From assembly GCA_965112635.1 (NCBI GenBank), contig OZ218778.1:1796404-1828403 (forward strand): DNA of 32,000 bases. The letters are read 5' to 3'. The notes under the pieces are model-generated. The model was not told the origin of the DNA. It saw only the letters and a program-made list of their open reading frames with translations, and ran no database searches. Below, in pieces: positions 17,257-27,300 of the stretch. Positions within the stretch are counted from its first letter, which is position 1, and each line of letters starts with the position of its first letter. This stretch comes from an uncultured bacterium. Lineage in GTDB: Bacteria; Oederibacteriota; Oederibacteriia; Oederibacteriales; Oederibacteriaceae. A program made the translations under genes and the position numbers.

Positions 17257-17952
17257 ATGGCCATCAGAAAAAGACCTCCTGAAGATATCGAATCCCTTAT
17301 GCATCGCGGGACGCAATGGATCATTGTTTATGGCGACCTGATGTCCTATTTGATGATATTTTTCCTTATCTTGTTCGCATTTGCCTCGGCCAAAAAAGGG
17401 AATTTCGTGGAATCCCTCAAGGGAATTGAAAAAACCTTCGGGCAAAAAGAGAAGAAGATGTCCCAGGAGGCGATGAAAGAGGTTCAGGTCCAATCCGAGA
17501 TACAAAGTTTTCTGGTCGCGCAAAACCTGACCCAAGTTGCCCGCGTGGTCATGACCGAACAAGATCTAAAAGTTATATTGACCAGCCCAGTGCTTTTTCC
17601 GTCCGGCTCGGCAGAGTTGCATCGCAAATCTTACGGTATTTTGCATACTATAGCCCAATCTATGAAAGATATGCCGAACTATGTCACGGTTGAGGGCTTC
17701 ACGGATAATGTCCCAATTCATTCAGCCAAATACAGTTCCAACTGGGAATTGTCCGCGGCGCGAGCCATGCAAGTTGTCAAATACTTTATTGAAGAGGAGA
17801 AAATCTCTCCCACTCAGATCTCCTTCACGGGGTATGGCGAGTACCAGCCGGAATATACCAATGACACCGAAGAACACCGGGGATTGAATAGAAGGATCGA
17901 GATTATCATCCACCGCATTTTGGTCCCCGTCACGGCAACAAAAAAATCGTGA
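17257..17952 (+). CDS. motB: MotB-family stator protein with OmpA/MotB peptidoglycan-binding domain
   Basis: N-terminal TM with the conserved Asp (WIIVYGDLMSYLMIFFLILFAF); OmpA-like VEGFTDNVPI...NWELSAARAMQVVKYFIE...ISFTGYGEYQP...NRRIEIII. Confidence 0.93.
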   Translation: MAIRKRPPEDIESLMHRGTQWIIVYGDLMSYLMIFFLILFAFASAKKGNFVESLKGIEKTFGQKEKKMSQEAMKEVQVQSEIQSFLVAQNLTQVARVVMTEQDLKVILTSPVLFPSGSAELHRKSYGILHTIAQSMKDMPNYVTVEGFTDNVPIHSAKYSSNWELSAARAMQVVKYFIEEEKISPTQISFTGYGEYQPEYTNDTEEHRGLNRRIEIIIHRILVPVTATKKS

Positions 17953-17968
17953 GAATGAGGGCGGGATT

Positions 17969-19459
17969 TTGAGAATAATCATATGGGTCCTAGCCGCTTT
18001 GATCGTGGGGGGTGCCGGTCTTGCGGCGGCCCAGGAAGCCCAGATGCCCAGCGCCGACATCTTTGTCCACGGTAATCTGGGGCAGCAAAAGATCGGGAAT
18101 ACGATCGTCATCCAATGCGATGTCTTTAACACGGGGCCTGTGGCGCATTTTTTCCCGGTCTCCGTGAAATTAATGAACGCTGCCGATAACATCGTCCTGC
18201 CGTTCCAGTCCATTTATTTAAAACCCGGGCAGTTCGGCACCTTGACTTTCAATTATGCCTTAAAACCCGACAGCACGAGCCTCGGCCTTTATGCGGTGGA
18301 GGGCAGTGTTTGGCAGGTTCAGGGGCCTAAAAAACGCCTGTCCCTCAAAACCGATACCCAAATCTTTGAGGTGGTGTTGGGTGAAGTTATGAAAAGTGTC
18401 GTCCTGGAAAATTTAACGCTCAAGGGGAAGGTCGTGGGAGGCTCCACGGTGTCTTTGAAATGCCTGGTCCGCAACACCGGCAAGGTTTCCTATACCTTCC
18501 CCGTGAGCGTTAATTTGAGCGGGAGCGATGGGCCTTTTATCGCACCGGTCAAGACCGTGACCCTGGGGCCCAAAAAGAACCAGGGCCTTTCTTTTGATGT
18601 CAAAATACCCGCTGAAGGGATAGAGCCTAACGCGGTTTTGAGGGTCGTCGCCTGGGATAGGAAGGACGAGAAGGGAAAGTTGCTCATGCCTTACGCTGAC
18701 GCCGTCATATCCTTGGAGACAGCCAGCCAGACCTCGGTGGAGGCGTCTTTTGACGGCGAGATAGGGGACCAGCCCCGGGGCAAGACGTTTACTATTGCTT
18801 GCAAGATTAAAAATAACGGCGGCACCCGATTTGAGTTCCCCGTCAAGCTGGATATTTTAGATTCTTCTGATGAACTGGTCGCGACCCCTAAACCTAAAAA
18901 AGTCCTTTTAAAACCAGGGGAAACGAAAAGGATCGGCTTCAGCACCGCGATCAAAGAGGTGGGTGCTTACCAAGCTGTGGTGAGTGTTTGGAAAGAAAGA
19001 CGCGGACCCGACAGTTTTGTCGATAAGCTTACGGAGGAGGAACAGAATTTTTCGATTGCCAACGAAGCCACAGGAGGGGCTGAGCAGCAGGGGATGGACC
19101 TCGGAGTCGGCGAGACCCCTTCCGTGGCCCCGCCTGCGGTGAAATTGATGGACATCATGCTGGCAACATCCCAGGACCAAAAAACACCGGTCAAGGCCCA
19201 GGTGTCCGATAAATTGGGGGCGGTTTCCTGCCGCCTCTATTACCGCCTGAGCACCGAAACAAATCCTGATTTTGTGGAGATGAACCTTTTTTCTGGAGAT
19301 GCCAAGAGTGGAGTATGGGTGGGCGAGGTGGATCTCTCCAGACTTTCTGGAAAAATAATTTTTTACGCGGAAGCGGCCAATACAGAGTCCGTGCTAGGTC
19401 GATCCAAAGAATACAGTATTGCCAAGATGGCTACTCCGAAAAACAAACCCAATAAATGA
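17969..19459 (+). CDS. Secreted/periplasmic protein with three CARDB-like beta-sandwich repeats
   Basis: Signal peptide MRIIIWVLAALIVGGAGLAAAQ; repeats GNTIVIQCDVFNTGPVAHFFPVSVKLM / GSTVSLKCLVRNTGKVSYTFPVSVNLS / GKTFTIACKIKNNGGTRFEFPVKLDIL. Confidence 0.75.
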   Translation: MRIIIWVLAALIVGGAGLAAAQEAQMPSADIFVHGNLGQQKIGNTIVIQCDVFNTGPVAHFFPVSVKLMNAADNIVLPFQSIYLKPGQFGTLTFNYALKPDSTSLGLYAVEGSVWQVQGPKKRLSLKTDTQIFEVVLGEVMKSVVLENLTLKGKVVGGSTVSLKCLVRNTGKVSYTFPVSVNLSGSDGPFIAPVKTVTLGPKKNQGLSFDVKIPAEGIEPNAVLRVVAWDRKDEKGKLLMPYADAVISLETASQTSVEASFDGEIGDQPRGKTFTIACKIKNNGGTRFEFPVKLDILDSSDELVATPKPKKVLLKPGETKRIGFSTAIKEVGAYQAVVSVWKERRGPDSFVDKLTEEEQNFSIANEATGGAEQQGMDLGVGETPSVAPPAVKLMDIMLATSQDQKTPVKAQVSDKLGAVSCRLYYRLSTETNPDFVEMNLFSGDAKSGVWVGEVDLSRLSGKIIFYAEAANTESVLGRSKEYSIAKMATPKNKPNK

Positions 19460-19499
19460 TCCGGAATCAGGATACAGGCATCGGCCTTAGGGGTGAATC

Positions 19500-20177
19500 A
19501 TGAAGACAAGGTCAAAAAATATTTCAATGGAATTATCAATCAGCCTTTGTTTTCTTGTTTTGTTCTGCTTGTCCGCAGAGCTATGGGGCGCCCAGCCCAG
19601 CGCGACACCATTTTCCCCGCAGTCGGATAATGACTACGAACAAAATTACAACGAAGCGATGTCCTTTTACAATGCGGGATTGTTGGATAAGGCCAAGGCC
19701 AGCTTTCAAAAGGTGATCAAGATAAGACCAACGGCCGGAGCCTATCATTATCTGGGCATGATCAGCCAAAAAAAGAACCAGGTCAAAGACGCCATCTGGC
19801 AATGGAAGCAGGCTTTAAACTTGGAGCCGCGACTGGCTGTGGTCTGTTTTAATATCGGGTTGGCTTATGGTTCGTTGAAGCAAGTGGACGAACAGATTAA
19901 ATGGTATAAAAAGGCAGTGGCTTTAAATCCGAAATATTCAAAAGCATGGAACAATCTCGGTTCAGTGTATCTTGAGAAGAAGAGGACCACCGATGCATTA
20001 AATGCCTTTAGGACCTCGTTGAAAACCAATCCCCATTATGCTGTGGCCGCGGAGAATCTGGCCCTGGTCTATGAAAAGATGGGTCGTCACATTGAAGCCA
20101 AGAAGGAATGGAAATACGCCGCTTCGATAGAGACGAGGCCTGAGTGGAAAAAGGTTTTGGCAGCCAGAGCCAAGTAA
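19500..20177 (+). CDS. Tetratricopeptide-repeat protein, exported
   Basis: Signal-like N-terminus; TPR units such as AYHYLGMISQKKNQVKDAIWQWKQALNLEPR, AVVCFNIGLAYGSLKQVDEQIKWYKKAVALNPK and KAWNNLGSVYLEKKRTTDALNAFRTSLKTNP. Confidence 0.88.
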   Translation: MKTRSKNISMELSISLCFLVLFCLSAELWGAQPSATPFSPQSDNDYEQNYNEAMSFYNAGLLDKAKASFQKVIKIRPTAGAYHYLGMISQKKNQVKDAIWQWKQALNLEPRLAVVCFNIGLAYGSLKQVDEQIKWYKKAVALNPKYSKAWNNLGSVYLEKKRTTDALNAFRTSLKTNPHYAVAAENLALVYEKMGRHIEAKKEWKYAASIETRPEWKKVLAARAK

Positions 20178-20264
20178 TGAGCTAGCTAGATTCCTTTGGT
20201 TTTATCCTTTCAATTTTGTTTTTCCTTTATTTACAACCCTTTTATTAAATCCTTTTCTTAAATT

Positions 20265-20280
20265 TGTGACCAAAATCACA
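20265..20280. promoter_or_regulatory. Candidate CRP/FNR-superfamily binding palindrome
   Basis: Exact TGTGA-CCAAAA-TCACA in the only long intergenic gap of the locus, upstream of the PorV-like gene. Confidence 0.45.
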
Positions 20281-20380
20281 CCAAAAAAGTGAAGAAATCA
20301 AGGGAATTATCCTGGTTTATCCGCTAAAATTTCCTATAACAATTTATAAAAAATCGAAAAAGCCGGCCCAATGCGCGAGC

Positions 20381-20408
20381 TTGGGTGGGAAAACTATCCT
20401 CCTATAAT
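20381..20408 (+). promoter_or_regulatory. Predicted sigma70-type promoter for the PorV-like and giant protein genes
   Basis: TTGGGT (20381-20386), 16-nt spacer, TATAAT (20403-20408). Confidence 0.5.
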
Positions 20409-20429
20409 TTAGGAACAAGGGGTATACCG

Positions 20430-21365
20430 GTGGCTGATATACATAAAGAAAAAGATATTCTTCTTTTACCCCTTCTCATTACTTTTCTTGCCCTGACTTG
20501 CCTCATCTTCATCCCTGTCCTCGTGTCCGCTGAAGGAAATACTGCCGCTCAATTTTTAAAGATCCCTATCTCAGCCCGTCCAGCCGCCATGACTGCTTTT
20601 GGAGCCGTCTCTGACGACGTGAACGCCTTGCTTTATAACCCGGCCGGCTTATCCCAATTGTCCCAAAACGAGTTCTCCCTCTCCTATGTTAAATATTTCA
20701 CCGACACAAACATGGCATTTTTGGGACTGGCTGTCCCGCTCGCGCACATCGGCACTTTTGGTCTTGGCGTCACATACCTGAGCGTCCTGAATATTGACGC
20801 CAGGGACGCGCAGGAGAACCAGGCCGGAAGTTTTGGGAGCACGGATTGGGCCGTCACTTTGTCCTACGCCAAGGAAAACCTATGGGGCAACCTGAATGCA
20901 GGGGCAAGCCTTAAGGTGGTGGGGGAGACTATCGATGCCACAAGCGCAAACGGGCTGGCCGGCGATGTGGGGGTCCTTTGGATCGGTAAAGAGCCGAGGG
21001 CTTCGATAGGACTGGAAGTGGAAAATGTCGGGACCGGCCTGCAATTCATCAATGTCAGTGATCCCTTACCCTTGGGAGTTGTTCTATCAGGTGCTTACTG
21101 GCCAGTGGAACAGATAGTCGTCGGTACGGATGTGGACATGTATGTGCTGGAGAACAAGACCTATGTGTCCCTGGGCGGGGAAGACTGGCTGACCAAAGAG
21201 TTCGCTCTCAGGCTTGGTTACAAGTTCGGGACCGATCTGGGCCCGCTTTCCGGTTTGACCGGTGGGATAGGGCTGGCCATGGCGGGTTACAGCGTGGACT
21301 ATGCCGCTGGAGATGCCGGAGACCTGGGCACACTGCACCGGGTTTCTTTGGGAATAAAATTTTGA
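20430..21365 (+). CDS. PorV/PorQ-family outer-membrane protein
   Basis: GNTAAQFLKIPISARPAAMTAFGAVSDDVNALLYNPAGLSQLSQNEFSLSYVKYFTDTNMAFLGLAVPL signature. GTG 20430 has SD AAGGGG at 20417-20422 and lies downstream of the predicted promoter; the track start 20385 overlaps the promoter. Confidence 0.88.
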   Translation: MADIHKEKDILLLPLLITFLALTCLIFIPVLVSAEGNTAAQFLKIPISARPAAMTAFGAVSDDVNALLYNPAGLSQLSQNEFSLSYVKYFTDTNMAFLGLAVPLAHIGTFGLGVTYLSVLNIDARDAQENQAGSFGSTDWAVTLSYAKENLWGNLNAGASLKVVGETIDATSANGLAGDVGVLWIGKEPRASIGLEVENVGTGLQFINVSDPLPLGVVLSGAYWPVEQIVVGTDVDMYVLENKTYVSLGGEDWLTKEFALRLGYKFGTDLGPLSGLTGGIGLAMAGYSVDYAAGDAGDLGTLHRVSLGIKF

Positions 21366-21378
21366 AAGGGCAGGCTGA

Positions 21379-24300
21379 ATGAAGCTGGAAGGCATGTTAA
21401 AAAAAATAGGGAAGGCGGTCGTCCTGGCTCTGGTCCTGGGCCTGGGGATGATGCCTTTGGCCTATGCCGGCACCCGCATCAAAACCGTGGAATTTTTCCT
21501 GGGCCAGTATGAGATGGGGCAGGTCAATCTTATCCCTGCCCTTGAGTTTGACACCCCGTCCAAAACCATCGCCCTTCCAGAATCCTCTATTGTTGTCCGT
21601 TCAGCCTGGGTGGACATGCATTTTGTCAGCCAGGATCAAACCAATTTTGAAGCCAATTTTACCGCTGTCACCTTGACGGCAGGCTCTGCGATAGGTTTTG
21701 CCAGCACCAGCAAATTCGCCGCGGCGACAGACAGCCATGATAATGCTTATCATGTGAGATATGACTTTACTTCGGCCCTGCAAACTTTGACCACCGGCCA
21801 ATGGAATACTGGTCAAAGTGTTCAGGCCAAGATCAAATTTTTTGCCGCTACCAATTTCCATGCGGTCAAGCTGTATATCACCTATGAGTATGATGATACT
21901 TCCGCCACCCAGCTAAAAACCGTCAGATTCCCCCTGGATTCTATGGTGGGAGATTTGACCGTAGCTGACCTTCCTTGTACCGTGATGATCCCTCCAGCGG
22001 AAAGAAGTTCCCCGGGATACAGCTTGAAAGACGCCTGGTTCGAAGTGCACGGGCAGATGGATTATATCTCCGGTGCCATGACCGTAACCGCCCAGATCTA
22101 CCAGAGCGGCACTCCCCAGGGGTCTCCTTCCCAGGGAGGCTGTATCCCTTTGATCACCGGGAACGCTAATTTTGAGTGGACTTATTTTTACGATAATACA
22201 GCCAACCTGGCTCTGGATGGCACAACCCAAAGCCTGCGTTTAACGGCCAAGATGGGCAGTTTCCTGCATCCGGGCGGAGAACTGGTGGTCACTTACCAGG
22301 CCACCAATGATGTTATGGGCGCCTTAAAGACCGTGGAAATACCCCTGGCCCAGGGAGTTCTGGCCAATCAAGGTCCTGCCACTTTTACAATTCTGAATTA
22401 TCTCCAGGATAGCGGGGCCAACATACAAAAAATGTGGGCCAGGGTCAGAGGCGTCTGCAATGTGAACACTTATTCGGCCATTACTATTACCGGTGTGGCC
22501 AATGGCACACCAACGGGTCAGTTTGCTTATGAAATGTTTAGTTCCGGCGGCGGTTCAGATACCATGAATGAATACGAACTCATTTATGAAATGACCCAGC
22601 CCTATGCCAACCCCATGACCGTGACCCTGACCGCTACCGGCGGCTCCTCGCCCAGCGCTGTCCTGCTGATAACCTATGGTTGGAATAAGAACCAGAATGG
22701 ACATGAGTTCAAGACGCACCGGCAGCTGATAGGACAGGAAACCAGCCCTTTCCTGTCCGGGACAGTGGGAAATGTGACCGTTTATGCCCCTGAAACTAAT
22801 ACCAAAACCAAACAGGCTGCTTACGCGGATTGGACCTATTTTGCCGATGCCAATTCTACCAACTGGTGGGTCAGCACTACCATATCCGCGGGTTCGGGTA
22901 TGGCCCCAGCTTATGCCGCATTAGACAACAGCTATAAACAGACAGAAGGGATCAACCCAGACCTGAGTAGTGCTGTTTCTGTTTTGAATGCTTCCAATGG
23001 TCCTTATAGTTTTAATAGGAGCGGCTTTGTCATCGGTATGATGGGCGGGGATATGATCGTGACTTATGATGTAGCTTTCCCCACTTCCACCCCAACAAGT
23101 ACGCCCCCGCCGTCAACGTCAACTCCCACTACTTCTCCGACCCGGACGGCTACGGTTACGCCAACTGGAACGGCAACAACAACACCTACATCCACCTCTA
23201 CTAGAACTGCCACTAATACGGTTACTCCAACTTCCACATCGACAACCACCGTTACACTGAGTCAAACAGCTTCGGTCACTCCCAGCCTGACAATCACTCC
23301 CACTGGAACCCAGACACTCACGCAGACCTATACCGCCGGTCCCAGCCAGACGGCTACAATGACCCCTACGAGCACAACCACGATGACGGTAACAGCAACC
23401 CCTTCAGCAACGTTGACTATGACTACCACAGTCACGCAGACAGCCACACCGAATGGCGGCGGGACGACGATGCTGGATGCGATGACTGGGTTCAGCCTAG
23501 GTAGCGACCCGTGCGGCTACTTTCCTTTGCCAAGTGGTTCCATTACTCTTTCTAAAAATTCCAGTAACTATTACGATTGTTGCAATTCTTTACAAATATC
23601 CAACCTTACAAGCACTGGTACTATGGTGCAGATAAAAGTTGAAGATATCACAGGTTCTCCCCAGGATTGGTCCTGTTATTCATCCGTGTCTTTTTGGATA
23701 ATGGCAACTACTTCCGGGGTGCAATATCGGATTGGTTTAAGAGACAACTCCAGTAACTGGACTTGGTCAAGCACCAGTCCGCTTACTTGTCCAACCAGCT
23801 GGACGCAAGTAACCGTCCAGTTGCAAATGTTGGGAAATCCTACCGGATACGACGGATTTAAAAGCGGTTACCTAGGCCCTAATGACTTTAGCCAACTAAC
23901 TTGCGTGGAAATCGAATGTGATACGGCCAATGCGACCATACTAATGAATGACCTGGCGTTAGAAGGTAGTCCCTGCACACCTTCTCCCACGCCGTCTGGG
24001 TCGACCTATACTTATTCCTATACCTATACTTACACAACACCGCCGACCAACACCAATACCAATACTCCCACGCCTAGCAGCGCCACCTTGTACCTGTTGA
24101 ATACGACAACGGGTGATTCCAGTTTGTGGTATATGGACAAAACCAACCCGTCGCCCTCCACGGATACCACCACAATTCTTTCCACGGGGACCACGGCGGC
24201 TGGTAACTATTTCCTCGTTGAGCCTGGTGTGGCCAATTCCACCTCTTCAGGCACTGTTCTTCCCACTACTTTCAGCCAGATGGGCTGGAGAAGTCCAAAT

Positions 24301-27300
24301 ACTTCAGGCGGGACCATTTCAGCAGGGAACTGGACCGTTAATGTGAGCCTGACCAATAAGGCGGCCAGGTCCCACAAAGGATATGTCTGGGTCAGGTTCT
24401 GGAAGAGTTCCAACCCTGACGGCAGTGCAGCCACGGCTCTCAGCCCCTGGAACGAAAGCCCGAATCTGCTCAGTTTTCCTGCCTCGGTGACCACACTAGC
24501 GGATACTTTCAACGTTTCCATGCCGCTGGTGACCCTAAATAACGAATACCTTTTTGCGGAATACCTCTGGTTGATACAGACCGCGGGCCTTTCCAATACA
24601 GGGTTAAAATTTGTGGCCAATGAGGCCACCGGAGAGACCCTAGTTCTACCGGGATTTATTACTTTTACCCAGACCCCTACGCTGACTATGACGCCTACGG
24701 TTACCGCGACACCCGGGGGCGGCTCTCAGGTTTTTTATAACGGCGAGCCGGGGGGAGGATTTAGCGATGCAGATTGCGGCGGTGCCTGTGATTATATTGA
24801 CACGGGTGGCGGCCATGGTGGAGCGGTCACTGAGGACGGAGCCAGTGCACATTCCGGATCCTATGGTTTTGATTTTACCTATAATACTAGTGCTGCGGAT
24901 ACAGATGGTTACTTTTCCTGGACCTGGACGACCAACTATCCCAGCAGGGCCATCAACATCAACTCCTACGATACCGTGTCTTTCTGGATAAAATCGAACA
25001 GCACCAGGAACACAGATACTCTCTTCTTTTATTTGTTTGACATTAACAATGTGGCCACGAGCTCCCTGGATATTGAGCCATATATCGCTGGAGGGGGGCC
25101 TGTCAATCTTTCGTGGAAACAGGTCTCCATACCCCTTTGGGCGTTTACTTATGGCACTTTTAATAAAACCCAAGCCGCGGGTTTTGAAATAGACCTCAGC
25201 GACTCCGCCCTCACCGGGCCGGTGACCCTGCATATGGATGACGGATATTTCATGTTCTCCGGAGTGGGCACTCCCACCACTACACCCACACCAACGGCCA
25301 CACCGAATGGCAGTTGCCCTAATAACCCCGCAATGTCAAATATCAGCATAGGGGTTGGTTCGGGGTATTCCAACTATAATGCCGGAACCTATACTGTCAA
25401 TGGAATGGGCAATGGTGTTACAAATAGCGCTGATTCGTTCGACCTGGATTATCTAAGCGTTACGGGAAACAGTATTACGATGGTAGCCAGGGTGACGGGG
25501 GCTACTTATAACTCCGGCATCACAATCAGAAATAGCACCGGCAACGCCGCGGCCTTGGTCGCGCTGTCCATGAATAACAGCGGCATGCTTTACTGTTTAT
25601 ACCGGTACAACGACGGTATGGTAGCCAATAGCACTTATTATGGAACATATTCCTTCCCTTACTACCTTAAGATCATCCGCTATGGAAGCAGTAATTTTGA
25701 TCTCCAGATATCAGCGGATGGCAACACTTGGAATGAGTTGACTTTTCTGAACGGGGTATCTTTAGGCAGTACGGTTGCTGTGGGACTCGAGACCTGGGAT
25801 GGCACTGACACGGTCACGGCCACCGGAACTTTTGATAATGTTTGTATTCAAAGCTCCGGGGGGGTCAGTACCCCAACCTATACCCAGACCCTGACACCCA
25901 CGCCATCAGGACCGACCAATACTATTACCAATACCTTTACTATTACCAATACGATTACCCCTTCCTTTACCCCTGTGGGAGCGACCTATACCAACACCCC
26001 CGTTTCCTGCGGGTGGTCCGAGGCGTTGCTGAGCCCGGCTGAACAGCCCTGGCAGTCGGGATACAACGATACGCAGCCTGGCACCAACGCTCCTTATCCA
26101 GTTGCCGGGGTAGCCAACCTGGGGCAGGGGATAGCCAATTTCGGCTGCGGCCAGGGCTATATTGCCACCAATTCGGACCAGGATGTCTACCAGTTCCGCA
26201 TTCTGAGCTCGGACATCAATAACGGCACCTGCACCAATATGCTTAAGATAGTTTTCACTCCCCCGTCCACTAGTGATAGTTATTATTGTAATCTTTATCA
26301 CTGGAGCGGCTCTTCCTGGCAATCTTCGAATAGCCACAGCGGGGGCAGTGCCATGACCTTTTATTGCGATCTGTCCGCGGGCGGGAACCAGGATTTTTAT
26401 ATGGTCATCGGCAGCCAAAGCGGTTCCGACCAAGGTCATCCCTATGTGGTCCAGATGTCTATGTTGCAAACCGGGACTATCAGCGGCGTAGTGACGGCCG
26501 TTGGCGTGGGGGCTTCTGGGTCAAGCGGCATTGGAGTCTCGGCATGCGATTCTCAGAGCAATAGTTTTGGCGGGAGCTCCACGAACTCCTCAGGGGCCTA
26601 CACGGTCCGTGTGCCAATCAATACGACGGTTTCCAAGATTACCGCGACGCGCGGATGGTACTACGGATGCGCCAGTGACTGGTCCTATGGAACTTCGGTA
26701 CTTAACTACGGCGCCGGGGAGGTACTGGCCTCTCAGTGCCAAAGTCTGACCAACCAAAATTTCAATGTTTATCCTGACGCGATCTTAAAAGGAAATATAA
26801 CAGGGCTGACCAACGGGACCAGTATCAATATGAAGATCAGTGACCCCTATGGCTCCAATTTTTCAAATTACGTGCAATTTAACTATAATTCTTCCGCCCC
26901 GACCTATTATGAGATCCACAACGCCATGCCGCGCACCTATGATCTATCCGTTTATCCCAGCGATGCTACTAAAGCCCCGCTGTTCTTCCATAATATAACC
27001 GTCACGGATGGCTTGCAGACCACCCAGAACTGGAACTTTATCTCGGGCGGCAGCATCAGCGGGACGATCTCGCCGACGGATCCCGGCGTGGAGGTAGACT
27101 TTTACGAGGGAGGGACCAATTTTTCAGGGGATCCCATTTATACGACCAGGACCGCTTCTGGTGCTTCCTACTTTATGACCAATATGCAACCGGGTAGTTA
27201 TGATATAAAGCTCAGCTCCGGTGGTGGTGGCCCGGCACCCTTTTACGCCTATAACTCAATACCCGTGACCAATGGCAACAACACCAACCAGCCGATCACC

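Noticed and set aside
20385-20429. N-terminal extension MGKLSSYNLGTRGIP of the PorV-like protein
   Set aside because: It overlaps a promoter-like TTGGGT-N16-TATAAT and lacks an SD; GTG 20430 has SD AAGGGG and sits directly before the signal sequence.
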